Translations under genes and position numbers: made by a program
Source: Squalus acanthias
Lineage: Eukaryota
Assembly (NCBI GenBank): GCA_030390025.1
Contig: CM059431.1
Location: 107,944,001-108,008,000, forward strand
DNA: 64,000 bases
Direction of reading: 5' to 3'
Shown: piece after piece, positions 25,993 to 38,204 of the stretch
How positions within the stretch are numbered: the stretch's first letter is position 1
Layout of the letters: each line of letters begins with the position of its first letter
The notes under the pieces: model-generated
What the model saw: the letters and a program-made list of their open reading frames with translations, nothing else
Database searches by the model: none
Told to the model about the DNA's origin: nothing

Positions 25993-27107
25993 TACAATCA
26001 AAAAGCATATCAGTTGATTAGCTACCATTTTAAAGGGCAGTGGCACTTTTCTCATCTCCTGTCAAATTCACACAATTAGCAGAAGTTTAATATTACATTT
26101 GTTATTCAATTGTTTTTTTAAAGTTAACATTGGGCCATCCCTTTTAGGGATTGAAAGAAATACAATGTGCACCTTTATGCAAAATAAAAATGGTTCCAGT
26201 TATCTATTTACATGAATCTAAATTCTTCTCAGCCCTGATCCTAGTGCTGCGTTAAAGACAGCTGTATCAGAGTAAATAGTTTTGAGTGAGGTTGTATTAA
26301 CCAACAAGGCCATTGGTTTGTGATTTTTCAGCTGAAATGGATGGAATTGTGGAATGCAGTTCGCAAAGCACCAGTAAAACTGATGGACACCTGCATAATA
26401 AAAAAGGGAATTTGATTTATTCATCCATCGTAAACCAGTGGCCCACATGAGAAACATCTGGGAATTACGCAATGCAATTCGAAAAATTCATGGAGTTCCA
26501 CGTAATAAAGCGGACTTTGATTTATTGAGTCACAGTAAACCAGTGACCCTGATAATGATGCATCAAAATGGTACACCGTGGACACATGGCAACTGACAAC
26601 ATAACTTTGAATCTCAGACATGGCATCATCAGAGAGGGCTATTTTCTGTCATCTATTTTCCTGTATTGAGTGTATTGAAAAAAAACTTAAACAGGGGAAA
26701 CTTTCAGGTAAAGGAACTTGCACTGTATGAATTGTCACATATATACATTTAATCAACAGTTGTTATTGTAGACTATACCATTAGTTATTAACATCTGTTA
26801 TAACCTCACTTCATCCCCTTCTCTCAGTAACATATTTTGTATTTTCTTTCTGTGCTAACATTGTTTCCATGGTAATACTAGTTACTTCCATTGGATTAGC
26901 AAGAACTTTCTAGTCATTAGAACAACCTCATTAACAATTTTTTGTTACAAAACCATCAATTCTCCCTTACCGCAGTCCCCTTCTCCAATAGCCGCACACT
27001 CCTACATGTGCAGTTCTCTTTATTCCTACTAAACCGACTCCACTTATATATCAAGGCACACTGTTTCACACGCAACTTTAGCTCTTAAAGACAAGCATAC
27101 TTTATAC

Positions 27108-27344
27108 CAGAGGTTCCCAAACTTTACTTATTGCGTACCCGCTTCCTGATCTACCCACGTACCCCTACCAGCATACAGGTTTAATATTTTAGCCCCTTTA
27201 TTGTCCAAGCATTGTACAAAATGTACAAATTATAATACACATATACAACTTAAAATCCACCATTAGACAATTTCTCCCGTGTGCCCCTCCAGAGATGTCT
27301 CACGTAGCCCCAGGGGTATTCGTACCATAGTTTGGGAACCCCTG
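27108..27344. mobile_element. hAT-superfamily (Charlie-like) MITE, 237 bp
   Basis: TIR CAGAGGTTCCCAAACT / AGTTTGGGAACCCCTG (15 of 16 match) and perfect 8-bp TSD CTTTATAC (27100-27107 and 27345-27352). Confidence 0.9.
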
Positions 27345-27907
27345 CTTTATACATTACTAAACTTTCACGAATTTCCAGCAATGCTATTTAATGTACCACT
27401 TGTGAAAGATAAATAGTTACTTAAATTAGAGAAACAATTAAGAACCACTGAAGGGCCGTGCAGCCCAATAACAACTGCAAAATGTTTCCAACTTTGTTTC
27501 ACCCACCTGCGGTCCCTAACTAAATCAGGACATTTACCACATTAATCAGTCTAGGACATTAAAAACCAACTTCAATTACTACCCACCTGGGAGTCTATTT
27601 TCCTCATGATGTCAACTATAGCGTAGAAATTGGTGCCAAAACCTACTTGTTTTCATACATTCCCTTAACACTGCATCATTATCACCTAAAATGATTCCCT
27701 CCATTCATAAAGTGTTGATTTGTAAATAGTGAAAGTGGAGAGAAATATTAGGGACCTGTTAACAACTTGCTAATGTTGGGAATGTGCTTGTTAGACACAT
27801 TTGCTCTCCTCAATTTAGAAACCATTTAAAAAGGATGATATTCTCTGTTAACAGGTAAAACTGTCAAAGGGTTATATTATCCTCTGCATGTAAAGTCAAA
27901 GAAAATT

Positions 27908-28270
27908 GGGCCCAGGTTTTGCTGGAGTGGGGCATCTCAAAGCATGTCCAGTTAGTTAGACCGTTTTTCCCCTCACCCTTCAGCTCGAAAATGCTTTTCA
28001 CTGCAAATTGCTGGAAGTGCGAGCTGATAACGAGGGCAACGGGGCATCTGGGACCTCGGTGAATGACAGAACCAACAGTCTATCTCCTTAACCAATGAGA
28101 TTCAAGGATAGAGAAAGAAACAGAGGAACGACAGAGAAGGAAATAGGGCGAATTAGAGTCAAATCAGGTACAGAAAGAGAAATAAAGAGAGGGAAAGAAA
28201 GATTGGATTAAGGGAGAGAGAGAAAAAGAGAGACAGAATGGAAAAGTAAGAAAAACATTAAACATTTTAT
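27908..28270. mobile_element. Partial MITE of family D
   Basis: Reverse complement of 35650-35998 (GGCCCAGGTTTTGCT...TGCTGGAAGTGCGAGCTGATAACG). Confidence 0.7.
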
Positions 28271-28287
28271 GCTGCGGCTGAAAACTT

Positions 28288-28640
28288 GGTCAAAAAGGTA
28301 GGTTTTAAGCAGTGTCAAAGGCTGCAGAGAGATTGAGAAGTTGGAGGAGGCAAATAATGTATCTTGGTCACAGTCACAGAGGATGTAATTTGTGACTTTG
28401 ATTGGGGCCGTTTGAGCGCTTTGGCGGAAAATCTGATTGGAGAGATTCAGACATGGAGTTGCGGGGAAAATGGGCACGGATTTGGGAGGCAACAATACAT
28501 TCAAGGGCTTTGGAGTAGAAAGTAAGGTTGGAGATGGAGGCGATACTTCGCAAGCACAGAGGGATTGAGTGTGGTTATTTTCAGAAAACGGGTGATGACA
28601 GGGGTTTGGAAAGGGAGGGGAATAGCACCTTGAAGAGCTG
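28288..28640 (-). mobile_element. L2-clade LINE fragments
   Basis: LLKTYLFDQ motif plus an RT-internal fragment (TAPIKVTNYILCDCD). Confidence 0.6.
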
Positions 28641-29726
28641 GGTATGCTGAATCCTTACTTTAGGTTGGTGATTCCACAGGGCCTTGTAAGTCTCAGAGCC
28701 TCCACCTGCCCCTTACCAGGCCAGAGGCTTAGGAGGGGGGGGGGTTGGGGCTGGGACTTCCAACACTGGAAGTTCCTACTTAACCAGCCTCATATGGACT
28801 CATCACATCATCATGGTGGTACCACTGCTAGGACCAGGTGTATGAGGCCACCAGAAGGTGCATATGAGCCCCACCTGGGGATCTTGGCCTAGACCTCTGA
28901 AGAATTGTTTTAAATAATTACAAAGGAGGCTAATGGGGTGACTTTTCTGTTTTGCCTGGGTTGGGGGAGGGGGGTGGGGGGCGGGGGTGGTGCAGCTCTC
29001 CCCTCCCATGCCCAGCTACTCTTCCATCACAGTTTGCAGCCTCTGGATCGAGACAGAGTCCCCAGATGCGTTCCTAGTGGCATGGGTGTCTGCTTGCCAG
29101 TGGTATGGAAAGCAAGGGACATCTCCCTGACCCTACTAACTTTGGCAGGGTCAGCAGTCGAGAGCCCAGGTAGGTGCATCCTGGCATTTACAACAGGAAC
29201 TGCTCCCTGTGGAATTTTAGCCCCACTCTCTGTCTCTGGTGAGAAAGACCTTTTTGACTAACACTTTCCTTCTCTCTCCTGTATCTCTCTTTCTCCCTTG
29301 CTTCTTATTTCTTTCTCATATCAAAATTAAGCGATGAAAAACAGTGTCAAATTTATACTGTATGACAGTAGACCAATCGGATTCCTGTGTACCTATGACC
29401 AGTAGGTCTTTCTAAATCATATCACAGTATTTAGTTTGGTCAATCTGAAAGTATATTGAGTTCCTAGCAGTTACTTCCTTTGAATCACTATCAGTTTAAG
29501 CTGCAGGTGGAGGTTCCTCCAGAACTGACGTACAGCAAGTGTAATGTTCACAGTTCTTGTTTTGGACCAATGCTCTCAAAGACAGTCAAACCTTTATCTC
29601 TATCATGACTTGGTGGTTCTGCACAACCTAACCTGACATGAACTCAGGCAAGATATGGAACTACTTGAAGACATGGTGCAATAGTTTTTTTTTTCTCAAA
29701 AGGATGCCAATTCTGCCTGAGGATAT

Positions 29727-30072
29727 AAGAACATAAGAAATAAGAGCAGGAATAGGCCACTTGGCCCCTCGAGCCTGCTCCGCCACTCAATAAGATCATG
29801 GCTGATCTTGGGCTCAAAGCCACTTCCCTGCCCGCTCCCCATAACCCTTCACTCCCTTATCTTGCAAAAATCTGTCCATCTCCACCTTAAATGTATTTAA
29901 TGACCCAGCCTCCACAGCTCTCTGGGGCAGAGAATTCCACAGATTTACGACCCTCTGAGAGAAGAAATTCCTCCTCATCTCAGTTCTAAAAGGGCGACCT
30001 TTATTCTAAAACTGTGCCCCCGAGTTCTAGATTTCCCCACGAGGGGAAACATCCTCTCTGCATCTACCTTGT
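29727..30072 (-). mobile_element. CR1 LINE 3' fragment
   Basis: Tail ATAAGAACATAAGAAAT on the + strand. Very similar to 62538-62897. Confidence 0.88.
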
Positions 30073-32755
30073 CGAAGAAATACAAGCTTTGGTGTGCAGT
30101 GAACAAGGAAATGCTGTGGAATCTTCCCTGAGGGTCACAAGAATGGATCCTGTTCATCATCGAAGAAGTGCGTATGTCAGAAGGCAGGAAGAATCACTTT
30201 ACATCCAAGGCTATTCATCCTGCTAAAGAATAAAGTTGTGCACACATATTTTGGTGTAAAGCTGTCAACGTTTGTTCATTATAGGATCTATTCTCGAGTT
30301 TGAAGACCCACGTAAACTGGTTATTGGGGATTAATGTTGATGCACCGTAAATCTGCAGAGTTTACGGAGTGCTCGAGTTCCTCATGCACTTTAATGTCCA
30401 TTTTGTGGAGTAAATAAAGTTAAATGGAAAACGTGCTGGCCCAGGCATATATCCTGATACACCTTGACCAGGATAGGGCCAGGCTAGAGCATACCCCAAT
30501 TTCAGGCTATCTTGAATTATTTAGTGTTGCACATTATTTTGATCCAGAAGCAGAACTAGAAGATCAAATGGTCAATGTGGTTTTATCATCTCTAATAGGT
30601 TACAGTGATGATATTTACGATGATCATAGCTGTAACTCAAATAAACCTGTTAGCCTTATTTACCAATAAAATTTGCCACCCAGAAACTTCATTAACCAGC
30701 TTTTTTTCTTTCCACTGATCTATTTCTCAGTTTAACGATTTCAGTGTTAAATTGATTGGCCACAACTGCACACGCGAAGCTGATTTAAAGGCTGCACCAT
30801 TAGTTAAATAATTAGTATTATACAAAATTAATTAGGCTGGATTAATACGAGTTCCTAATAAGGACTGTGGGTCCAGTGAGTGTCTCACTCTTCTTTCAAT
30901 CTGTATTCCAGTGGTCAGTTCACAAACACAGGTATATGCGCATTCTCCACAGCACTGGAATACCAAAGGAACTGGGACTGCTCTCACTGCTTTTAGGCTG
31001 AAAATAGAGAGTAAATCTGTTAATTGCTTTCATCATTGATAAATAAAGAATATTGTTACTGACTCCATTTAGCTATAAACAGAAGCACTGGGGTCGATAC
31101 TCACTACCTTCGCCTGGTGTTAATGGCCCAGTAAAGAACTCTAAATGGGGGTCAGTGGCCTTACTACCCCGTTAACACCGGCCATGCGACCAGCTCCATT
31201 TTGAAAGGGGCCTACTGCCAGTTGTTCAAAGAGCCCGCCTGTTTCAGACGATAGGCCCCTATGACATAAGTAGGACCCCGGTTGCCATTTTAGGCTCCGA
31301 ACAGTTCCACGGCCGATAGAACCGAAGAGGCCCGTGAAAGATAAGTATTGAATTATTTTTCTGGGCCCAAGGAGGAGCAGGAAAGAGACCAGGCGGTCAT
31401 TCCCGGTAAGCTCTGGTGATATTTGCAGTGTCATTATGGCCCCCACAAATGGGATAAAGGGCCAGAATTCCCTGGTTCTACTGTCAGTGCAACACCATTT
31501 CATATCAGTTGAAGGCCATCTTGTCCTGTAAGTCCAATGCTGAAAGTACATGAAGCAGTGATAATGTCAGGGAACATAGCAACAGGAGTAGGCCATCAGC
31601 CCTCAAACCTGTTCTGTCTATGGAACACCATAGCTTATGTGCCAAAGTGGATGCCTTAAGTGCTTTGGCATCACCCTGCTAGGTTTGCTTCCAGGCATTC
31701 ACTGTCAAATTGCATTTTTCCTATAAATTCCAGTACATGTAAATCATTTATTCCCTAGTTACCTTATGGCAACAGAGTACTGAATAACAACTGGTACCTT
31801 CAACATAGTAAATATCCCAAGGGTTTCACAAAGGCAAAACAGATGCCGAGCCGTGGTTGAAAACAAATATATCCCTAATGAATCATTTTAAGCTGTTTGT
31901 GTATAACTGTAAAAAGTGTAATCTTCAGAGCCCATCAGAAGTCTCTGATGCTGAAACTCCACTGTTCAAATCTAATGGCCATTTGTAACAAAACCGTGTA
32001 ATGCCCATTTCTGTCAAGATCAGCCCTAATGCTTATCCCCAGTCTTTAACTCCAATAATCAGCTGTAAAAATACATCTGTATAATGCTCATCTTTTCTGC
32101 TGAACCTTTACCTCTCTCCCTGACTCTTAATTATAATGCTCGTTGTGAGCACTCATCCCTGGTGCTCATCCCTAATGCTTGCCCTCAGTGCTTATCTACA
32201 ATGATCATTATTCAACAGTATCTGTAATGATATCATGAACACTCATCTCAAATTATCATTCTTAATTCTCATCACTCACATTTGTAGTGTCCATCCAAGT
32301 ACTCGGCAACAACACTTACCTCTGATGCTTAACCATATCGTTGGATGGTATGTTATTTGGCTATCTGTAGATGCTTCAGCTAAAGTAACATGGTTTAGTC
32401 TTCTACTGTTGGTTTCCCACAACAGATAATTAGGGACAACTGGGAGAATGAAGGGACTGAGTCGCATGGTGAGAAGGCAGCAAAGTGGGGTTGAGATCAA
32501 ACAAAAAGTGTTGGAGGGGAGACTTGTTATGCTACAGAGCCATTTCCTATTCCTAAATTATGCATTTTTAAAGCGACTATGCAACACACTTTCGGAGAAC
32601 ATTTATTAATGGAGGTTAGTGACTAAGATATAGAGGTATGGAATAGTGGGTTGGGTTCTAGATAGAAAACTGTCTTAAAAATAGAAAACAGAGGGTAACC
32701 CTAATTGTACCCCAGGAGTGAAAGACATATATATAATACTGAGCTGAGGATTTAT

Positions 32756-33071
32756 GGGCTGGATTTTCATTGACCCGTGGAGGTGGGTTTGGAGGCGTGT
32801 GGGGGGTTAAAATTGCGAAAACTGGCGGGCGGGCACAAGTCCTGCCTCCATCCCGCCTCCACGCAATTTTCATTAAATCGTGTCTGCTGGTCCCGACTCC
32901 GTCCCGCCTCTAAGAGACGGGATAGGCTATTAAGGCCCTTAACAAGCACTAAATTGGCCCTATAATGCCATTTTGAAAGGCCTTTGTGATTTTAACCCTT
33001 GTTCTACGTGAAGCACGCCTGTTCTGAACCACGATTGTGAAACCTGGCGGGAGCACATTTGCCTGGCTGGA

Positions 33072-33106
<35 letters not shown>

Positions 33107-33390
33107 GGTGGGTAAAAATATCTGGGAGCAGACTTAGGGCTGCTGCTGCTCATTTTGCATCCAGGTCCTCTCGCAGCAAAGGCCAGGCAGTCTTTGAAGA
33201 CCTTCAATGCAGCAGCAATGATGACATCATCAGAGGCGACTTTCAGACTGAAAACACTAATTGGTTCATGGGTTCCCACATACTGGAACTCAATTGCCCA
33301 ATTAGGTGAAAATTGCATCAATCTCCCACATCCAATTGCAGTCGGGTGGATAACACGACCCCAACCCGCCCCAGTATCAAAATCCAGCCC
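32756..33390. mobile_element. Non-autonomous Harbinger MITE related to the 5374-8851 element (635 bp)
   Basis: Same TIR GGGCTGGATTTT / AAAATCCAGCCC, TSD TAT/TAT, both subterminal regions homologous to 5374-5620 and 8650-8851, internal (CT)n. Confidence 0.9.
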
Positions 33391-33749
33391 TATGTCTTTT
33401 TAGTATCTAGAGCTTCATGGCCACAATGATGGTGCAGGATTTCTTCAGTGAGAAGCAAGTGCTGAGGTCCCATACCTCTGTGTCCTTTTCCCTATAGCAG
33501 TTCCGTGCTGAGGTAAATTAAATATCGCAAAATAACTGCCATAAAATTCAATAAGCTCCCGTCTTCCTTCTCAGGTGGACGTAAAAGATCCCATGGCACT
33601 ATTTGAAGAACAGCAGGGGAGTTCTCCCTGGTGTCCTGGCCAATATTTATCCCTCAACCAAAACCTAAACACAGATTATCTGGTCATTATCACATTGCTC
33701 TTGCTGGGACCGTGCTGTGCGCAAATTGGCTGCCATGTTTCATTTTTTT

Positions 33750-34025
33750 ACAAAATTGAGAGGTCGCACAACACCAGGTTATAGTCCAACAGTTTTATTT
33801 GAAATCACAAGCTTTCGGAGCTTACTACTCCTTCGTCGGGTGAAGTAAAAAGATACAGAATCGCCAAATCGCTTTGGCGATTCTGTATCTTTTTACTTCA
33901 CCCGACGAAGGAGTAGTAAGCTCCGAAAGCTTGTGATTTCAAATAAAACTGTTGGACTATAACCTGGTGTTGTGCGACCTCTCAATTTTGTCCACCCCAG
34001 TCCAACACCGGCATCTCCGCATCAT
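33750..34025 (+). mobile_element. Palindromic Penelope-like element remnant (inverted pseudo-LTR ends plus 3' tail)
   Basis: Perfect 119-bp inverted repeat (33750-33868 / 33873-33991, loop TCGC) plus a 34-nt unpaired tail, flanked by the direct repeat TCATTTTTTTACAA. Each arm carries a hammerhead motif and AATAAA. Confidence 0.8.
33898..33936 (+). ncRNA. Minimal type I hammerhead ribozyme motif, U4C core variant (mirror copy at 33805-33843 on -)
   Basis: TCAC-CCGACGA-A-GGAGT AGTAA GCTCC-GAAA-GCTT-GTGA. Confidence 0.65.
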
Positions 34026-34149
34026 TTTTTTACAACAGTGATTACACTTCAAAAAGTACTTCATTGGCTGTAAAGCGCTTTGGAATGTCCTGAGGTCATC
34101 AAAGATGCTATATAAATGCAAGTCTTTTTCTTTTCTTTATAAGTAAGTT

Positions 34150-34510
34150 GAAACCTTTGCCCCTATCTTGTGTTTCTCTCTCTCTCACATGGCAGCTGTC
34201 GATCATTCTGCCATTTACACTTCATCTTTTGTTTCTTAACTTGTCCATTTACCATCTCATTTTGCCTCGCACCATCATCCCTTTTGTCAGTCAATCTCTC
34301 CTGCCTTCCATCCTATCACAGACCTTCCCTTTTGTTCTTTACTCCCCTCCCCCCTTTCCCTGCTCCTACACTTGCTTAAAAACCTGTTCCATCTCCAACT
34401 TTTTCCAGTTTTGACGAAGGGTCATCGACCTAAAACGTTAACTCTGTTTCTCTCTCCACAGATGCTGACTGACCTGCTGAGTATTTCCAGCATTTTCTGT
34501 TTTTATTCCT
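34150..34510 (+). mobile_element. Penelope-like element 3' end, family 2, with a mutated hammerhead at 34407-34443
   Basis: Pyrimidine-rich body, then AGTT-TTGACGA-AGGGTC ATC GACCT-AAAA-CGTT-AACT and tail CACAGATGCTG...CAGCATTTTCTGTTTTTATT. Homologous to 56808-57020. Confidence 0.72.
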
Positions 34511-34799
34511 AATTTAATGTCTGTCTTTTCAGTGAAACCTCCAAGTTGCATCTGCTTATGTCACAATCCTATATTTAAAGGAAAAAAAATGCATTAAGGT
34601 GTGACATCTACATAGATTTTAGTGCAATTAAGCAACTATTTGGCTACCTATTTCATTGCAATATTTTTTAAAGGAATACTTTGCGATTCAAGTGGTCTAT
34701 TCTAGACCATTGAGAAAAACATATTCTAGGTTAATCCTTCAAGTGACTTGCTCCAGCCATCTGTGATGGTGCTGGAAACAATGTGAATAGTGAGCTATT

Positions 34800-35456
34800 G
34801 GCCCTGTATTTTCCGGGGCCTACGGGTGCGTATGCGCCCGTAAGGGCCCTGCAAGTTCTGGGTTTTCGCGCTCGAAGCGCATGCGTGAAAACCCGGAACT
34901 TGCGATCTGTCAAGAATCTTCTTGACAGATCATAGCCATCCCCGGGAAAGGGGCATCCGCGGGCGGAGAGTTGGGCTATTTGCGTTAGGCCTGCATTTAC
35001 CAGCGTAAGAGTTTAAATGAATATAAATTTTGTTTCAATTATTTATATATTAAAACACCTGTAAAATAAGTTAAGGTTATTTTTAGCCCTGTTAAAACGT
35101 TTAAATTTATTTTTCAAAAAATTAAATTTTTGTTTTAAATACTTAAATAAATTGTATTTTAAATATGTAATTTTTATTTATTTATTTGGTATGTAACTGT
35201 TTTTTTATGTGATTCCCCATTCATGCTTATGGGGATTCCGTAAGCACTTCTTTCATTGGTTGGGCCGGCCCACGTGACCCCAGCGACGCTTGCGAACCGC
35301 CTGCGCCCTGGGATACGTGGATCTCTACGCATGTCTATGCGTGGAGGCCCAGGAGCGCAAATCTCCGCGGATCCCGAGGCAGAAGGTCGGCGCGGACTTT
35401 ATTTGCAGATCGCAGGCATTTCCCCGCGGGAAGCCTCAGACCGCAAATTCAGGCCC
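34800..35456. mobile_element. MITE family B copy
   Basis: Homologous to 3308-4055. Ends GGCCCTGTATTT / AAATTCAGGCCC. Confidence 0.8.
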
Positions 35457-35484
35457 GTTATTTCATTTGGATCCTGAATCCAAT

Positions 35485-35998
35485 GGGCCAGATTTTGCTT
35501 AAAAAATAATGGCATGTGAACAACGCATGTCGTTAATAATGCACAAATCGGGCAGCAACTTGTGGCGAGGAAGTGATATCCCGTGAATTGCGAATCACCG
35601 CATGTTCCTGGACAATTTGCGCATTAATATCGGCATGCATTGTTCAGATGCCATTATTTTTTCCTTTCTGTCTCCTTTTTCTCTCTCTCTCTCTATCCAA
35701 TCTTTCGTTCCCTCTCTTCATTTCTCTTCCTGTACCTGATTTGACATTCAATTCACCCACTCTAATTTAAACTTCCTTCTCAGTCCTTGCAGTGTTCATT
35801 TCACAATCCTTCAATCTGATTGGTAAAGGAGCAACACTCTTGGTCCCCTTGTTCACCAAGGTCCCAGATGCCCTGTTGCCCTCGTTGCCCCCGTTATCAG
35901 CTCGCACTTCCAGCAGCTTTGTGGGCACATCATTTTAAAACGTTAACGTGCACAAAGAAGTCTAACTAACGGGGCCCCACTCGAGCAAAATCTGGCCC
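35485..35998. mobile_element. MITE family D
   Basis: 15-bp TIR GGGCCAGATTTTGCT / AGCAAAATCTGGCCC. Confidence 0.8.
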
Positions 35999-36539
35999 CT
36001 TATTTAAATAGTTTTCTCGGGTTTCCTTAAGAGGATGATTATAACACACTCGCAGAATGCACATTGCAAATATGAGTTTTAAAATTTGTCCATCAACTTA
36101 ACAGAAATCAGGTGCACAAGAATTATCACAATATCCAATTTTGAACTGCTTGCCACTACTTGATTAGCTGTTGCACCATTTCACCCCTTTTCACTTTTTG
36201 ATTTCTTAGTTAGAAAGCATCCTAGCGGAGTAGGTCACTTTCTTGGCCCGGGCCCTATTTTTCGGGCTATTTCTGATATGAATTCATTAGAAATGCTGCC
36301 AGTAATTTTATAAAGATTGACTAACTGTCTGCTGTTGCTCTTTAATACGGTGACTTCAGGAATAACTGGATTACTGAAACTGAATCACTGTGATGGTGAA
36401 ATGCTTTCGAGAAGCTAAAGATGTGTTAAAAAGATTTATGGATTGAATTAAAACATTGCGGTGCCATCAACTAATCCAAATATTGTGTTTTGGATGGCGT
36501 AGCAGCTGAGAACACTGCTGTAATGCTGCAATAAAATAC

Positions 36540-37014
36540 AGATAGATGTAGAGAGAGATCGAGAGATAGGGAGATAGAGATAGAGATAGAGGGAGAGAGG
36601 AGAGAGGGAGAGAGGGGAGAGAGGGGAGAGGGGGAGAGGGGGAGAGGGGGAGAGGGGGAGAGGGGGAGAGGGGGAGAGGGGGAGGGGGGAGGGGGGAGGG
36701 GGGGAGGGGGGAGGGGGGAGGGGGAGGGGGGGAGGGGGGAGAGGGGGGGGAGGGGGGGAGGGGGGGGAGGGGGGGAGGGGGGGAGGGGGGGGAGGGGGGG
36801 GAGGGGGGGGAGGGGGAGAGGGGGAGAGGGGGAGAGGGGGAGATCGAGAGAGGGAGATAGAGAGAGGGAGATAGAGAGAGGGAGAGAGGGAGAGAGGGAG
36901 ATAGAGATAAAGGGAGATAGAGAGATAGAGAGATAGAGATAGAGAGAGATAGAGAGAGAGAGATAGAGAAAGGGAGATAGAGAGATAGAGGGAGATAGGG
37001 AGAGATAGAGAGAT

Positions 37015-37058
<44 letters not shown>

Positions 37059-37067
37059 CGATAGAGA

Positions 37068-37140
<73 letters not shown>

Positions 37141-37248
37141 GGAGATAGAGAGAGGGAGATAGAGAGAGATAGAGATAGAGAGAGAGATCGAGAGATAGAG
37201 AGAGAGGGAGATAGAGAGAGATATAGAGAGAGGGAGATAGAGAGAGAT

Positions 37249-37289
<41 letters not shown>

Positions 37290-37570
37290 AAAAGAGATAG
37301 AGAGATAGAGAGAGAGAGAGAGATAGAGAGATAGAGAGAGAAAAAGAGAGAGATAGAGAGAGAAAAAGAGAGAAAAAGGAGAGAGAGAGATAGAGAGAGA
37401 GAGAAAGTGAGGGAGATAGAGATAGATAGATAGAGAGAGAGAGACAGTTAGAGAGAGAGAGTGAGAGAGAGAGAGAGAGAGAGAGATAGATAGAGATAGA
37501 GAGAGATAGAGATATAGAGAGATAGAGACAGAGAGAGAGATAGATCGAGAGATAGAGATGGAAAGAGAGA
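36540..37570. repeat. Compound polypurine microsatellite: (GGGGGA)n/(GGGGGGGA)n and (GA)n/(GAGATA)n
   Basis: About 1 kb of almost pure A/G with interspersed T, read directly from the sequence. Confidence 0.97.
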
Positions 37571-37929
37571 AAGCGGGAGGGGGAGAAAATCAGTCTTAAT
37601 TTGTTGAATAATAATAAAATAACTAAAAGAGGACATCTCCAGAGCTCTGGTGAATAAATGCATTACAAAGGTGCTTACTGATTCATTCTAATAAGCTCCC
37701 CCATTTGATCCCTTGTTCCCATTGGTTAGCTTACATCAGCAGGTGGCGGTGGGGGCATCACAATCATGCCTCGGTGTTGCTGAGGTTCGGAGGGGAAAAT
37801 CAGACTGGGTTTTTTTCTATTTATGTTCACCAGGCAATGATTTCTTCTGGGAAATATCAGAAGAGGACACAACTAGGGTTGTCTAGGTGACTATTCACTA
37901 ACATAAAAAATTTAATATAAGATTTAATT

Positions 37930-38200
37930 ATAAGATAGTCACTGATAAATCCATAAGGAATTCAGGCGAAACTTCATTATCCAGAGAGTGGTGAGAATGT
38001 GGAACTCGCTGCCACAGGGAGTGGTTAAGGTGAACAGCATAGATGCATTTAAGGGGAAGCTCGATAAGTGCATGAGGGAGAAAGGAATAGAAGGGTATGC
38101 TGATAAGGTTAGATAAAGTAGGGTGGGAGGAGGCTCATGTGGATCATAAACACCGGCATGGACAAATTGGGCCGAATGGCCTGTTTCTGTGCTGTAGATT
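37930..38200 (+). mobile_element. CR1 LINE 3' fragment
   Basis: GTGAGAATGTGGAACTCGCTGCCACAGGGAGTGG...GGCCGAATGGCCTGTTTCTGTGCTGTA. Confidence 0.82.
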
Positions 38201-38204
38201 CTAA

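Larger units (their letters stand above)
33560..34125 (+). mobile_element. Deu-domain SINE, 5'-truncated, interrupted by a palindromic PLE-type insertion
   Basis: Homology to 25755-25992 stops at ~33740 and resumes at ~34030. Confidence 0.85.

Noticed and set aside
33750..33991. MITE, DNA transposon or pre-miRNA interpretation of the palindrome
   Set aside because: The one-sided tail, long variable TSDs, differing fold-back points between copies and hammerhead cores fit a Penelope-type retroelement better.
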